In this document: positions 35,144-45,079 of the stretch, in pieces
Position numbering within the stretch: position 1 is the first letter of the stretch
How the letters are laid out: every line of letters starts with the position of its first letter
Source of the DNA: Chloroflexota bacterium
GTDB taxonomy: Bacteria > Chloroflexota > Dormibacteria > Dormibacterales > Dormibacteraceae
Assembly: GCA_005880795.1 (NCBI GenBank)
Contig: VBGP01000022.1
Location: forward strand, 17,347 to 81,346
Reading direction: 5' to 3'
DNA length: 64,000 nucleotides
The notes under the pieces: model-generated
The model's input: the letters and a program-made list of their open reading frames with translations, nothing else
What the model was told of the DNA's origin: nothing
Databases searched by the model: none
Position numbers and translations under genes: made by a program

Positions 35144-36031
35144 CTATTGCGTTAGGCCGCGGATCGAAGGGATGAAGTAAAACGCACCAGTCAACGGCGT
35201 CGCGAAGTACGTCAGCGTGTCGCGGACGCCATCGTTTACCCCGGCCATGCTTTCGAGCATCGCAACCAGCCGCCGCTGATCAGAGCTGAAGCCGACAAAC
35301 ATCGTGCCGTGGTCCGTGACGGTGCCGTACGGCATGTTGCGACGAAAGATCTTCCCGAACAGGTCCTGGTCGGTTCGCGCAACGTGCGAGTCGGCGGGCT
35401 TGTCCTCGATCTCCGCGCTGTCGAGCTTGTTGCGGCCGATCACGCTTTCCTGTCGCGCGGTGGGCTGCGCTTCCCAGCTCGCCGCGTCGTGCGCCCATTT
35501 CTGGAGCAAGAGGATGGAACCGCCTGCCCCGGGTCCCGATTCAGGGATCACCGCAAGGTCCGGCGCCTCGATCAGGGTCGGGTTCTCCGTCCCGTCGATG
35601 AAACCGGTGAGGTCCCTGTCATGGTGATATGGCCAGCTCGATGTCTCCTCGGCGATGCGGGCGACGTCGCGTAGCGCCGCGATCGCCTGACGAGCCACAT
35701 CGAACACGACGTCGTATGCGCTGCCCGAGATCCAGAGCACCGCGTCGTGTTGGGTGGCGGGCATCGTGAAGTCCGCGCCGACGATTGGCCGGTTGAAGCC
35801 TTCCAGGGTTGCCGGCGATTCGTGAGGAACGATGGCACGCCACAGCTCGGGCCGGAACCCCGCCACGAGGTTCACACCACCCATCGTCGTGCGCGGCTCG
35901 CGAAGGCTGGCCACGCCCGCGACGAGAGCCCGGCCTTCGGTGCCTTCCTGCATATCGAGCTCGAGATAGGCGTGGGACGCCGTGCCGAGCGCGAAGATGC
36001 CGGCTTGGGGAGTGCTCGCCACTGCCTGCAA
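35144..36031 (-). CDS. Dyp-type peroxidase
   Basis: Contains PQAGIF, DLTGFIDGTENP and FRRNMPYG (the GxxDG and distal Arg region). Confidence 0.88.
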   Translation of the reverse strand: MQAVASTPQAGIFALGTASHAYLELDMQEGTEGRALVAGVASLREPRTTMGGVNLVAGFRPELWRAIVPHESPATLEGFNRPIVGADFTMPATQHDAVLWISGSAYDVVFDVARQAIAALRDVARIAEETSSWPYHHDRDLTGFIDGTENPTLIEAPDLAVIPESGPGAGGSILLLQKWAHDAASWEAQPTARQESVIGRNKLDSAEIEDKPADSHVARTDQDLFGKIFRRNMPYGTVTDHGTMFVGFSSDQRRLVAMLESMAGVNDGVRDTLTYFATPLTGAFYFIPSIRGLTQ

Positions 36032-36078
36032 CGATAGCCCCGGCGGCCAACTCGTCCTGGGCCGCGTAGGATCAGGTC

Positions 36079-38025
36079 GTGGCCCAGAATCCGCCGCCGG
36101 CGAAGCCTGGGCAGGCGTCCCCCACCCCGCCCAAAACGCCTCCGAAGGGGCCCAGCATGCTCACGCCGATGCGATCGGCGCGCTTCTGGATCGTGCTCGC
36201 GATCCTGTTCGCGGCCAACCTGCTCATCACGCAGTTCCTTACATCTGCGGGTCAGCCGCCGACGGTCACCATCTCGTACAACGCCTTTCTCGACCAGGTC
36301 GACGCCAACAACGTCGTTAGCGTGACCAGCACCGCGGAGGCAATCAACGGTCTGACAAAGGCTCCGGTGGCGGATCAGTCGAGCGGGATCAAATCGACCA
36401 AGTTCCAGACTCAACGGCCCGCGTTCGCCACCGACGACCTCGAGACGCTGCTCCGGCAGCACAACGTGGTGATGAACGCCAAGGACCCGAATGCGGCGAC
36501 GCCGCTGTGGGTGACTCTGCTGCTCAGTTTTGGGCCGGCGATCCTGCTGGTACTGGGATTCCTCTATCTCTCCCGACGCGCGGCGTCCGCCGGGGCGGGC
36601 GGCATCCTGGGGAGCTTCGGCCAGAGCCGGGCCCGCCTCTACAACGCCGAACGTCCCGCGGTCACGTTTGACGACGTGGCCGGCATCGATGAGGTGAAGG
36701 CCGACCTCCAGGAGGTCGTCGATTTCCTGCGCGAGCCGCAGAAGTACCAACGCCTGGGTGGAACGATGCCCAAAGGTGTCCTGCTGATCGGCGCGCCGGG
36801 GACCGGCAAGACCCTGCTCGCGCGAGCGGTGGCGGGCGAAGCCAAGGTGCCGTTCTTCAGCATCGCCGCGTCCGAGTTCGTCGAGGCGATCGTCGGCGTC
36901 GGCGCATCCCGGGTGCGTGACCTCTTCGCCAAAGCGAAAGCTGCCGCGCCGTCGATCATCTTCATCGACGAGCTGGACGCAATCGGACGCAGCCGATCCG
37001 CGGTTGTCAGGATCGGCGGCAATGACGAGCAGGAACAGACGCTGAATCAGATCCTCACCGAGATGGACGGCTTCGACTCGCGTGAGGGTGTGATCGTGCT
37101 CGCGGCCACCAACCGCGCTGACGTGCTCGACCCCGCGCTGCTCCGACCCGGGCGGTTCGACCGCCGTGTCACGGTGCAGGCGCCGGATCGCCGGGGCCGC
37201 GCGGCCATCCTGCGCATCCACACACGAAACGTCCCACTCGCACCCGACGTGGACCTCGACCAGGTCGCGGGGCAGACCCCGGGCATGGTAGGCGCAGATC
37301 TCCGCAGCCTGGTGAACGAGGCGGCGCTGGGAGCTGCCCGCAAAGGCGAGTCAGCGGTCACGACGGCGGACTTCGCCGACGCCGTCGAGAGGACGTTGCT
37401 GGGCGCCGAACGCAAGATCATCCTCAGCGACCTGGACCGCGAGCGGATCGCCTACCACGAGTCAGGGCACGCTCTGCTCGGCCTGCTCGTACCGGGCGCC
37501 GACCCGGTCAAGAAGGTGACGATCGTGCCCCGCGGAATGGCCCTCGGTGTGACGCTGCAGAGCCCGGTCGATGACCGTTTCAACTACGGCGAGGATTACC
37601 TGCGCGCGCGGATGGTGGGTGCCCTCGGCGGGCGCGCGGCGGAGCGGCTGATCTACGGCGTCGTTACGACGGGGGCGGAAAACGACCTGCAGCAGGTGAC
37701 GCGAATCGCGCACGAGATGGTCGTGCGGTGGGGCATGAGCCCGAAGGTCGGGCCTTTGAACTTCAGCGACGGCGACGGCGGAATGCTTCAGCAGCGGCCC
37801 TACAGCGAAGCGACCGCGCAGCTGATCGACGACGAGATGAGGCGCATCGCGGAGGAGTGCCAGGTTCAGGCGGAGAAGCTGCTGGAGGAACATCGCCCTC
37901 AGCTCGACGCGCTCGCCAAGGCGCTACTGCGCAACGACTCGCTCGATGAGCAGGAGATCCTCAAAGTCACTGGGATCAAACAGCCTCCCGCCGAACCTAT
38001 CGCCGCCCCCGTCCTCACGCGCTGA
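36079..38025 (+). CDS. ftsH: ATP-dependent zinc metalloprotease FtsH
   Basis: Walker [18 protein letters not shown], Walker [13 protein letters not shown] region [19 protein letters not shown], and zinc site HESGHAL. Confidence 0.97.
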   Translation: MAQNPPPAKPGQASPTPPKTPPKGPSMLTPMRSARFWIVLAILFAANLLITQFLTSAGQPPTVTISYNAFLDQVDANNVVSVTSTAEAINGLTKAPVADQSSGIKSTKFQTQRPAFATDDLETLLRQHNVVMNAKDPNAATPLWVTLLLSFGPAILLVLGFLYLSRRAASAGAGGILGSFGQSRARLYNAERPAVTFDDVAGIDEVKADLQEVVDFLREPQKYQRLGGTMPKGVLLIGAPGTGKTLLARAVAGEAKVPFFSIAASEFVEAIVGVGASRVRDLFAKAKAAAPSIIFIDELDAIGRSRSAVVRIGGNDEQEQTLNQILTEMDGFDSREGVIVLAATNRADVLDPALLRPGRFDRRVTVQAPDRRGRAAILRIHTRNVPLAPDVDLDQVAGQTPGMVGADLRSLVNEAALGAARKGESAVTTADFADAVERTLLGAERKIILSDLDRERIAYHESGHALLGLLVPGADPVKKVTIVPRGMALGVTLQSPVDDRFNYGEDYLRARMVGALGGRAAERLIYGVVTTGAENDLQQVTRIAHEMVVRWGMSPKVGPLNFSDGDGGMLQQRPYSEATAQLIDDEMRRIAEECQVQAEKLLEEHRPQLDALAKALLRNDSLDEQEILKVTGIKQPPAEPIAAPVLTR

Positions 38026-38851
38026 GCATCGAGCGCTTCCTGAATTCGATCACGCGCCGCATCGTTGCGTCGGCGCCTGCCATCTGGTTCATCGACCGTC
38101 CGAAGCTGGGGAACAGGTCCATGAGCGCTTTGATCAGGCGCCCCGGCCCCGGCATGACCACGATCTCGGCCTTGTCCTTTCGGATGGCCTTGACGACCGC
38201 TGCCCCAACTGCCTCGGCCGGGGCCGTGCTGTAGCGAGGCATCTTGAGCCCGAGCTCGTCACTGGTGCGCTGTCCCTGACCGGCGTCCCGAATCGCGCCG
38301 AGCACGATCACTGACGCGCTGACGCCGCGGCCTTTGAAATCGTTGCGGAGCACTCGCGTGAACCCGATCAGCCCGTCCTTCGCGGCTGCATACGCCTCCG
38401 TGTATGGAAACCCAATCCGGCCCGCAAGCGACGAGATGTTGACGATGTGTCCGCTGCCCTGCTCGAGCATTCCCGGCAAGAGGCGATGCGTGAGCTCCAT
38501 CGGGGCAAGCACGTTCAGTCGGAAGATTTTCTCGTTGTCGGCCCATGACATCTGATCGAACTCGCGCTGCGGGTCGCCGCCTGCATTGTTGACGAGCACG
38601 TCGACGTGCCCGAACTCGGCTTCGGCGACGCTGACGAGGCGCTCGAGGTCGGTCGAGTCGGTGATGTCGGCGGGAACAGCGACCGCCGCCGCGCCCGACG
38701 TTCTCAACTCTTCGGCCAGGGCCTCGACCTCCCGAGCCGAGCGGCTCGTGAGGACCACGTTGTAGCCGGCTCTTGCCATAGCCCGCGCAATGTGAGGCCC
38801 GATGCCCCTCGAGGTTCCGGTGATCAGGGCGGTCTGATTTGTGGCGGCCAT
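38015..38851 (-). CDS. SDR family oxidoreductase
   Basis: Contains ALITGTSRGIGPHIA, NNAG and YAAAK. ATG at 38851 preceded by AAGGAGGG. The track extension to 39034 is rejected. Confidence 0.9.
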   Translation of the reverse strand: MAATNQTALITGTSRGIGPHIARAMARAGYNVVLTSRSAREVEALAEELRTSGAAAVAVPADITDSTDLERLVSVAEAEFGHVDVLVNNAGGDPQREFDQMSWADNEKIFRLNVLAPMELTHRLLPGMLEQGSGHIVNISSLAGRIGFPYTEAYAAAKDGLIGFTRVLRNDFKGRGVSASVIVLGAIRDAGQGQRTSDELGLKMPRYSTAPAEAVGAAVVKAIRKDKAEIVVMPGPGRLIKALMDLFPSFGRSMNQMAGADATMRRVIEFRKRSMLSA

Positions 38852-38891
38852 TGCCTTAGGCCCTCCTTGCTGCCGACGCTCTACACGCCGT

Positions 38892-38942
38892 TGCCTAGAT
38901 AATAGGCATCGCCAATGGTTTATTTCACTAATGATTGGCGAT
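38892..38942. promoter_or_regulatory. Candidate MarR operator region (inverted repeats TGCCTA-N5-TAGGCA and ATCGCCAAT-N17-ATTGGCGAT)
   Basis: Both palindromes were read directly in the SDR/MarR divergent intergenic region. The 9-bp arms lie at 38908-38916 and 38934-38942. Confidence 0.4.
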
Positions 38943-39447
38943 GGTAAGATTTGCCCTCGTGGAGAACGACGATTATCCAAAGGCCCTTGCCGCCAGGATC
39001 GGCTTCCTGCTCGCGCGCGCCCACCTGGTCGCAAGGGAGAAGGCGGACCATGCCCTGGCGGAGGTTGGCCTTTCGATGAAGGGCTTCGCGGCGCTCGCCA
39101 CCCTGGTGAGCGACGGCGCGATCTCTCAACAAAGGCTAAGCCGGCGCATCCGGATGGACCCCGCCACGATGGTCGACGTCATCGACTCCCTCGAGCGGGC
39201 AGGGCACATCGTGCGCCGGCGGAACCCGAAGGACCGGCGCGAGTACGCGCTGCAAACCACAGCCAAAGGAAGGGCTCTTCTCGCCCGGGCCCAGCGGGCA
39301 ATAGTCGGAGCCGAGCGGGACACCGTTCGAGGGCTTGACCCGAAGGAGGAGAGGGTTCTCCTCGAGCTGCTCGGCCGCATCGCCGATCCTGGGCGGTCGG
39401 AAAGTCTTGCCACGGACGAGGCGGTCACCGCGGCGCTCGGCCGCTAG
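38935..39447 (+). CDS. MarR family transcriptional regulator
   Basis: Contains LSMKGFAALATLVSDGAISQQRLSRRIRMDPATMVDVIDSLERAGHIVRRRNPKDRR (winged HTH). Alternative ATG at 38941. Confidence 0.9.
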   Translation: MAMVRFALVENDDYPKALAARIGFLLARAHLVAREKADHALAEVGLSMKGFAALATLVSDGAISQQRLSRRIRMDPATMVDVIDSLERAGHIVRRRNPKDRREYALQTTAKGRALLARAQRAIVGAERDTVRGLDPKEERVLLELLGRIADPGRSESLATDEAVTAALGR

Positions 39448-39731
39448 GCACGGGCCCGTTTCAGGTCAACCCGCTCACCGCGCATCGCCACGCCCTCGCT
39501 GAGCAGCAGCTCGCGCTGCCGCCTCCCCTTCGGGACGCTGCCATCCGCGCGCACGACGCGATGCCACGGGAGGTCCTGGTCGGTGGTCGCCAGGACACGT
39601 CCAACGAGACGTGGCGCTGGAGGATAGATGCCACCGTAGGTCTGGACCGAGCCCTTGGGAATCTGCCGAATCCGATCGATGATGGCTGCAATGCGGAAGT
39701 CGGAATAGCTGCCGCTCACTGTAGGAGTCAT
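39444..39731 (-). CDS. Alkyltransferase-like (ATL) protein, MGMT DNA-binding domain lacking the acceptor cysteine
   Basis: Has the MGMT-fold C-terminal domain, but the motif reads LPWHRVV where active methyltransferases have PCHRV. Confidence 0.8.
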   Translation of the reverse strand: MTPTVSGSYSDFRIAAIIDRIRQIPKGSVQTYGGIYPPAPRLVGRVLATTDQDLPWHRVVRADGSVPKGRRQRELLLSEGVAMRGERVDLKRARA

Positions 39732-39772
39732 ACCAGTCGGGAGCGCCCCATGGACTACGCTCGCATCTGGGC

Positions 39773-40699
39773 GTGTCGAAACAAGCAGCCGAAACCGGGC
39801 TTCTCCTTCCCTCTCGCGAGGTCCTGCTCTGGGCGAACAGCGACCTCGCCTTGCTCATCGAGGCGGCGGTGCGGGCCGAAAAGGCCGGCTACGACTCCGT
39901 ATGGGTCGGCGACTCTTTGCTTGCGCGCCCGCGCGGCGAACCCCTCACCCTCCTCGGCGCTGTTGCCGGTGCGACAAGTCGCGTCAGGCTCGGCACGGCG
40001 GTCCTGCTGCCGCTCCTCCGCCATCCCCTGTCGCTGGCGCACGGCCTGGCCACCCTGGACCGGATCGCCCACGGCCGCCTCGTGGTAGGAGTCGGTCCCG
40101 GCGCCGAGCTCCCCGGCACCCACGCGGAGCTGAAGGCGCTTGGCCTTCCGAGCGATCGCCGGGTCGGCGCGATGTTGAGCGCCATCGAGCGCATGCGGCG
40201 CCTGTGGCGAAACGAGGAGACGGGTATCGAGCTTCAGCCGCGACCGCTGCAACCGGGTGGTCCTCCGATCTGGTTGGGAGGAAGCGGCCCTCGGATGCTT
40301 CGGCTGGCCGGCACGACGTTCGACGGCTGGCTGCCGTTCAGCCCCACCCCGTCCGACTATGCGTCCGGGTTTCGCGCGGTGCGCGAGGCAGCCGAGGGTG
40401 CGGGCAGAGATCCCGATGGGATCGCGACGGGCGCCTACCTCACGGTCGCCGTCGGCGATGACTCCCGCGAGGCCACGGGCATGCTCGACGCATACATGCG
40501 CGCTTACTACGGCGTGCCGGCCGAGGTGATGGCCAAGGCACAGGCGTGCCATGCCGGCACGATCGAATCGGCGTCCGAATGGTTCGCGGCCTATCGGGAC
40601 GCGGGTGCGCGCCATCTCGTGGTGCGGTTGGCTCGGCCCGACCTCAGCGACTACAACGACACGGTGCGCCAGCTCTTGGGCGCGGCTCGCCATGCATGA
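39773..40699 (+). CDS. LLM-class flavin/F420-dependent oxidoreductase (luciferase-like)
   Basis: Contains AEKAGYDSVWVGDSLL, LDRIAHGRLVVGVGPG and WLGGSGPRMLRLAG. Confidence 0.88.
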   Translation: MSKQAAETGLLLPSREVLLWANSDLALLIEAAVRAEKAGYDSVWVGDSLLARPRGEPLTLLGAVAGATSRVRLGTAVLLPLLRHPLSLAHGLATLDRIAHGRLVVGVGPGAELPGTHAELKALGLPSDRRVGAMLSAIERMRRLWRNEETGIELQPRPLQPGGPPIWLGGSGPRMLRLAGTTFDGWLPFSPTPSDYASGFRAVREAAEGAGRDPDGIATGAYLTVAVGDDSREATGMLDAYMRAYYGVPAEVMAKAQACHAGTIESASEWFAAYRDAGARHLVVRLARPDLSDYNDTVRQLLGAARHA

Positions 40700-41714
40700 C
40701 CTGCGAACACCGATCTGCAGCGAGCTGGGCATCCAGTACCCGATCTTCTCCGCGGGCATCGGGTCCGCCGCGGGCCCTGAGCTTGCCGCCGCTGTGTCCA
40801 ACGCCGGCGGGTTTGGCGTGCTTGGGATGAGCGGAATGAAGCCGGCGGAGCTGTCGAGCCGAATCGGCAGCACCCGCAAGCTGACGGACCGACCGATCGG
40901 GATCAACATCATCATTGCCGAGACCGAAGAAGGAGACCGGAAATTCTTTACCGATCAGATCGAGGCGGCTGGCAAAGCGGGGGCTGCAGCGGTCGTGATG
41001 TTCTGGGGGGACCCGGCGCCGTACATCGATACGGCTCACCGCAACGGGATCAAGGTCTTCATCCAGGTGGGGTCCGTCGAAGAGGCACTGAGCGCCGCAC
41101 GGGCCGGCGTTGACGCGGTGATCGCTCAGGGACTCGAGGCGGGCGGTCACGTCCGCGGAACCACGTCAATCTGGGAACTTTTGCCCGCAACCGTCGACGC
41201 GGTCAAGCCGCTGCCCGTGTTGGCGTCGGGCGGCATCGGCGATGGGGCCGGTCTCGCCAGAGCGCTCCGGATGGGTGCGCAGGGCGTCTCGCTCGGAACG
41301 CGGTTTGTCGCGTCCGACGAGGCCTGGCTGCACCCGGCTTACAAGCAACGGATCGTCGAGAGCACGGCCGATGACACCGTTTACAACACCCTGTATGACG
41401 TGTGGTGGCCCGACGCGCCCCACCGCACTCTCCGCAACAAGACTTTCGCCGAATGGGAAGCGGCCGGTCGCCCGCCCTCCGGATCTCGACCTGGCGAAGG
41501 CACGTCGATCGGAAGGCGCCGGATGCCCAACGGGGAGTGGACCGACTGGCCGCGCTACGCGGTTGGGTCAGTGCCTCCGGAATTTGATGGCGACATCGAG
41601 TACGCGCCGCTCTGGGCAGGTGAGTCTTGCAGCGTCGTCAACGACATCAAGCCTGCCGCGGAGATCATTCGCGACCTCGTAGGTGAAGCCGGGAGAGTCG
41701 ACTCTCCCGGCTAG
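40692..41714 (+). CDS. Nitronate monooxygenase (NMO/2-nitropropane dioxygenase) family protein
   Basis: Contains ELGIQYPIFSAGIG, AQGLEAGGHVRG and LASGGIGDG. ATG at 40692 overlaps the LLM gene by 8 nt. Confidence 0.88.
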   Translation: MHDLRTPICSELGIQYPIFSAGIGSAAGPELAAAVSNAGGFGVLGMSGMKPAELSSRIGSTRKLTDRPIGINIIIAETEEGDRKFFTDQIEAAGKAGAAAVVMFWGDPAPYIDTAHRNGIKVFIQVGSVEEALSAARAGVDAVIAQGLEAGGHVRGTTSIWELLPATVDAVKPLPVLASGGIGDGAGLARALRMGAQGVSLGTRFVASDEAWLHPAYKQRIVESTADDTVYNTLYDVWWPDAPHRTLRNKTFAEWEAAGRPPSGSRPGEGTSIGRRRMPNGEWTDWPRYAVGSVPPEFDGDIEYAPLWAGESCSVVNDIKPAAEIIRDLVGEAGRVDSPG

Positions 41715-41721
41715 TCGGTTT

Positions 41722-42339
41722 CTAGGCGACCGGCGTCCCCGCCAGGTACGCATGCTCGGATACGACTGAGCAAACGAAGGTGATTCCAGTGTCCACCTCG
41801 TCCAGCGAGTTGGCAGACCACGCCGCCTTGAGCTGGGCGAGCGTGGTTATGTGGGTCACCGTTACGCCAGGTTTGAACAGCTCAACGAATACGCGCCAGG
41901 CCACGTTGAAGTCGCCGGTGCGAGGCATGCCGACAAGGTGGTCGTGTCCCGGAACGGCTGAGGCATCGGTGTAGACCAAGGGCTCCTTGGAGTTCGCAAG
42001 GCCCGCGATCACACCGGCGTGGTCAGGGCAGTTGCCGGGGACACCCATGCAGTTGAAGGTGCCTGCGGTTCCCGGCGGGTAGACGATCAAATAGAGAGGC
42101 GCCACCGCGTGCGGATTCACGTTGTTGATCGGGTTGTTTGGCCCAAGCGGCGCCAGCCGGTTGGGGGTCAGCAGGTACACGACCGAGCCGTCGTAGTCGT
42201 TGTAGGCAGGCTCGATGGTTGCGTTGCCGAGAGCCCGCTCGCCGGTGGGTAGGCCGGCGGCGAATGCATTGACCTGGAAAAGCAGCGCCGACATCGCCAG
42301 CACGAGCAGCGCCCGGTTCAATCTAAAGGCGTTCTTCAT
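41722..42339 (-). CDS. Secreted hypothetical protein
   Basis: ATG at 42339. Signal peptide MKNAFRLNRALLVLAMSALLFQVNAFA. No family recognised. Lies 10 nt downstream of a DUF4242 gene. Confidence 0.65.
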   Translation of the reverse strand: MKNAFRLNRALLVLAMSALLFQVNAFAAGLPTGERALGNATIEPAYNDYDGSVVYLLTPNRLAPLGPNNPINNVNPHAVAPLYLIVYPPGTAGTFNCMGVPGNCPDHAGVIAGLANSKEPLVYTDASAVPGHDHLVGMPRTGDFNVAWRVFVELFKPGVTVTHITTLAQLKAAWSANSLDEVDTGITFVCSVVSEHAYLAGTPVA

Positions 42340-42349
42340 ATTCAGCACC

Positions 42350-42622
42350 TCACCGATAGAAGTAAGGATCGAGGACGCGAACCGGCGTGATCTTGTCAGC
42401 GGGCAGCTGGTTGAGCTTGGCCGCCTTGCGGATTGCCTCGGGGGTTGGTGCGTCGTAGATGCAGAAGGTTTTCCTGTGGTCCTCAGTGACATACGAGTGC
42501 ACCCATGTGACGCCGAGCTCCGCGTTCGTGCCGACCACCGACATGCAGGCCTGCGCTCCTTGCTCCGTCAACGGAATCTCAAGTCCGTCGGGGAACGAGC
42601 GCTCCACCATGAACCTCGCCAT
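42350..42622 (-). CDS. DUF4242 domain protein
   Basis: MARFMVERSFP...VTWVHSYVTEDHRKTFCIYDAPTPEAIRKAA, typical of DUF4242. Confidence 0.75.
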   Translation of the reverse strand: MARFMVERSFPDGLEIPLTEQGAQACMSVVGTNAELGVTWVHSYVTEDHRKTFCIYDAPTPEAIRKAAKLNQLPADKITPVRVLDPYFYR

Positions 42623-42728
42623 ACGAACCCTCCTTGCGATTTGTTGAGCGACCCGGGTGGATCGCCTCTTGACGCGAGGCTAGGTCCGTCTGGCGAATCG
42701 GCCAACCGGGAGAAGGCTCAGGCGGTGC

Positions 42729-44294
42729 TCAGCTCAGGTGCTCATTTCTGGCGATCCACGCTGCCACCTGGACGCGGGAATCAAAACCGAGCTTGTCCAG
42801 GATGTGGTGGACGTGGTTGTCGATCGTCCGTTCTGAGAGATAAAGCCGCTCGCCGATCGCACGATTGCTTAGGCCCTGAGCCAGCAGCTGCGCCACGTCG
42901 CGCTCACGGCGGCTGAGATCGACAGCACTTGTCGCGCGCGCCGCCTGGGTGGTGGTCTGAGCCTTTTCTAGAGGCCCCGCTGCGAAAAGACTCCACGAGC
43001 CGGGGACACCCTCGAACACCCGCGCTCCCCGGTCGGCAAACTCCAGGCCCGAGCCCGCCACCAGGTCCTTGACGGTGCCTGAAACAAGCACCTCGCCCGG
43101 CGGGGCTGCCTTCATGACGCTCATGGCGACGTGCAGCGGCACGCCCCGGGGCCGGCCGTCACCCACCTCGCACTCGCCCGCGTGCAGGCCGGCCCGGACG
43201 CGCAGGCCTAGACGCAGGAGCTGGTCGCGGACGTCGAGCGCGCAGCGGATGGCGCGGGCCGTGCCGTCGAACACGGCCGTCATCCCTTGCTCGCCGGCTT
43301 CAATTTCCCGACCCGAGTAGCGCGCGAGCGCCTTGCGAACCACAGAGTGATGGCGGTCGACGAGCTGATTCCAACGCTTGTCTCCGAGCCAGATCGCGTG
43401 CGCGCCCGCCTGCGCGACGTTGGTGCAGAGGACCGTGGCGAGCATGGTGTCGGGCGCCGGCTCGGTGCGCACGCCGGTCAGGAATTCCTGTATCTCGCCC
43501 AGCACCTGATCTGCGTCTCCGAAGTACGGCCAATGGTCCTTGGAGTCCAGCTCAAGGAGCCTGGCGTTCGGGATGTGTTCGGCCAGGTAGCGTCCTGCCT
43601 CGATCGGTGCGATGCGATCACCGCGCGCATGGATGATGAGGGTGGGAACCCGGATCGCGGGGAGGATGTCACGGATGTCGATCAACATGTTCATCCGCAT
43701 CAGGTCCTCAGCGTCGCCGGGACTGGCGCTCATCTGCATGAAGGTCGTCCACCAGCCGGCGACTTCAGCGTTGTCGACCTGGCTGGGGGCGTAGCGATCC
43801 ATGCCGGCGACCTTGCCCCAGATGTCCCTGACGCGGCCCATGCGCTCCTCGAACTGCTCATCGGTGATTCCCCACGGATAGCCAGGGCGCCTCAGAGCGG
43901 ACGGATAGCTGCCGTCGATGATCAGACCCGCGGCGCGTTCGGGATAGGTCGCGGCGAAAAGCGCCGACATGACTCCGCCCTCCGAGATCCCTATCACCGC
44001 CGCCCTCCGCGAGCCGACCGCGTCCATCACGGCGCGAACATCGTCCATCCGCTGCTCCAGGGTCGGGAGTGGGTGCACGCGATCCGACATCCCGCAGCCA
44101 CGCTTGTCAAAAAGGATGAGCCGCGAAAACGAGGCCAGTCGATTGAGGAAGGCCGACATGGCCGGCAGCTCCCACACGTATGCCAGGTGCGAGACCCAAC
44201 CCAACACGAGGACGATGTCTATCGCACCGTCGCCGACGACTTGATAGGCGATGTTGACATCGCCGCTGCGAGCGTATTTGGCCCCGGTGAACAT
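42729..44294 (-). CDS. Three-domain regulator: alpha/beta hydrolase - degenerate class III cyclase-homology domain - LuxR HTH
   Basis: N-terminus has LFDKRGCGMSD and GISEGG (nucleophile elbow). The middle has ATVLCTNVAQAG...EAGEQGMTAVF...RVRAGLHAGECEV...LHVAMSVM, a cyclase fold with the metal-binding Asp and the Asn/Arg positions substituted. C-terminus has LSRRERDVAQLLAQGLSNRAIGERLYLSERTIDNHVHHI. Confidence 0.85.
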   Translation of the reverse strand: MFTGAKYARSGDVNIAYQVVGDGAIDIVLVLGWVSHLAYVWELPAMSAFLNRLASFSRLILFDKRGCGMSDRVHPLPTLEQRMDDVRAVMDAVGSRRAAVIGISEGGVMSALFAATYPERAAGLIIDGSYPSALRRPGYPWGITDEQFEERMGRVRDIWGKVAGMDRYAPSQVDNAEVAGWWTTFMQMSASPGDAEDLMRMNMLIDIRDILPAIRVPTLIIHARGDRIAPIEAGRYLAEHIPNARLLELDSKDHWPYFGDADQVLGEIQEFLTGVRTEPAPDTMLATVLCTNVAQAGAHAIWLGDKRWNQLVDRHHSVVRKALARYSGREIEAGEQGMTAVFDGTARAIRCALDVRDQLLRLGLRVRAGLHAGECEVGDGRPRGVPLHVAMSVMKAAPPGEVLVSGTVKDLVAGSGLEFADRGARVFEGVPGSWSLFAAGPLEKAQTTTQAARATSAVDLSRRERDVAQLLAQGLSNRAIGERLYLSERTIDNHVHHILDKLGFDSRVQVAAWIARNEHLS

Positions 44295-44363
44295 CTCGGT
44301 CAGGCCAGTTTAGAGGCGGTTTTGGCGGCAAGGACGAGGGCGGTTACCTGATCCCTGGTTGGA

Positions 44364-44825
44364 TCAGCTCCGGACGACCAGCGTCTTCGCGATCTTGTCG
44401 TGCCAGCCCTGGTGCCGCGGGTCGAATGCGACCCAGATGACACCGAGGAAGCACAACGCAAAAGACACCCAGAGGCCAATCCAGCGAAGCAGCGCGGACA
44501 TCACACCCGGCGGCGCAAGGTCTTGTTCCGTGACGACCCTGAGGCCAAAAAGACGCATCCCTAGCGTGCGCCCCCCGCCGATCGTGGACCAGAACACCAC
44601 GAAGTAAATGAGTGACACGAGGATCGAGCCAGTGCCGCTGGTTGCGGCGTGCTGGCCCGGGCCGGCCGTCGATGACGCATTGATCACCAGATATGGAAAG
44701 GCACCGCCGACCAGACTGAGGAGAGAGGCGTCGACGAGATAAGCCAGGACGCGGATCCCGAACCCCGCGGGCACGGGGGTTTGGGCCCTCGCCGACCCGG
44801 CAGTAGAAGCGCTCAATCCGAACAA
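44364..44825 (-). CDS. RDD family membrane protein
   Basis: Contains GIRVLAYLVDASLL...GRTLGMRLFGLRVV...GWHDKIAKTLVV. Confidence 0.85.
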   Translation of the reverse strand: MFGLSASTAGSARAQTPVPAGFGIRVLAYLVDASLLSLVGGAFPYLVINASSTAGPGQHAATSGTGSILVSLIYFVVFWSTIGGGRTLGMRLFGLRVVTEQDLAPPGVMSALLRWIGLWVSFALCFLGVIWVAFDPRHQGWHDKIAKTLVVRS

Positions 44826-45079
44826 TCAGAGGCCGACACGGGCCAGCTCGGCGGAGAAGTGCCGTGAAGAGTGGGGCGCGCGGGGCGGCAGCTTGTGCGT
44901 CGCCACTTTCGGGGATAGTTTGAGGCCCCCCGGTTCAAACGGAGATCCCACGCCTCGGTGCCTTAGGTAAATTCTCGGCGCGTTCGACAAGCGGTTGAGC
45001 GATGAGTCAGCGGCCCATCTGCAGTCATCACTTGTGACCGAGCCCGAGTCCGGATGGAGTTTTGACAAGGAGGCACCAG

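Noticed and set aside
44826-45068. 80-aa minus-strand ORF in the RDD/FAD-oxidoreductase divergent intergenic region
   Set aside because: No family similarity and low-complexity composition. It overlaps the promoter/RBS region (AAGGAGG at 45067-45073) of the oxidoreductase.
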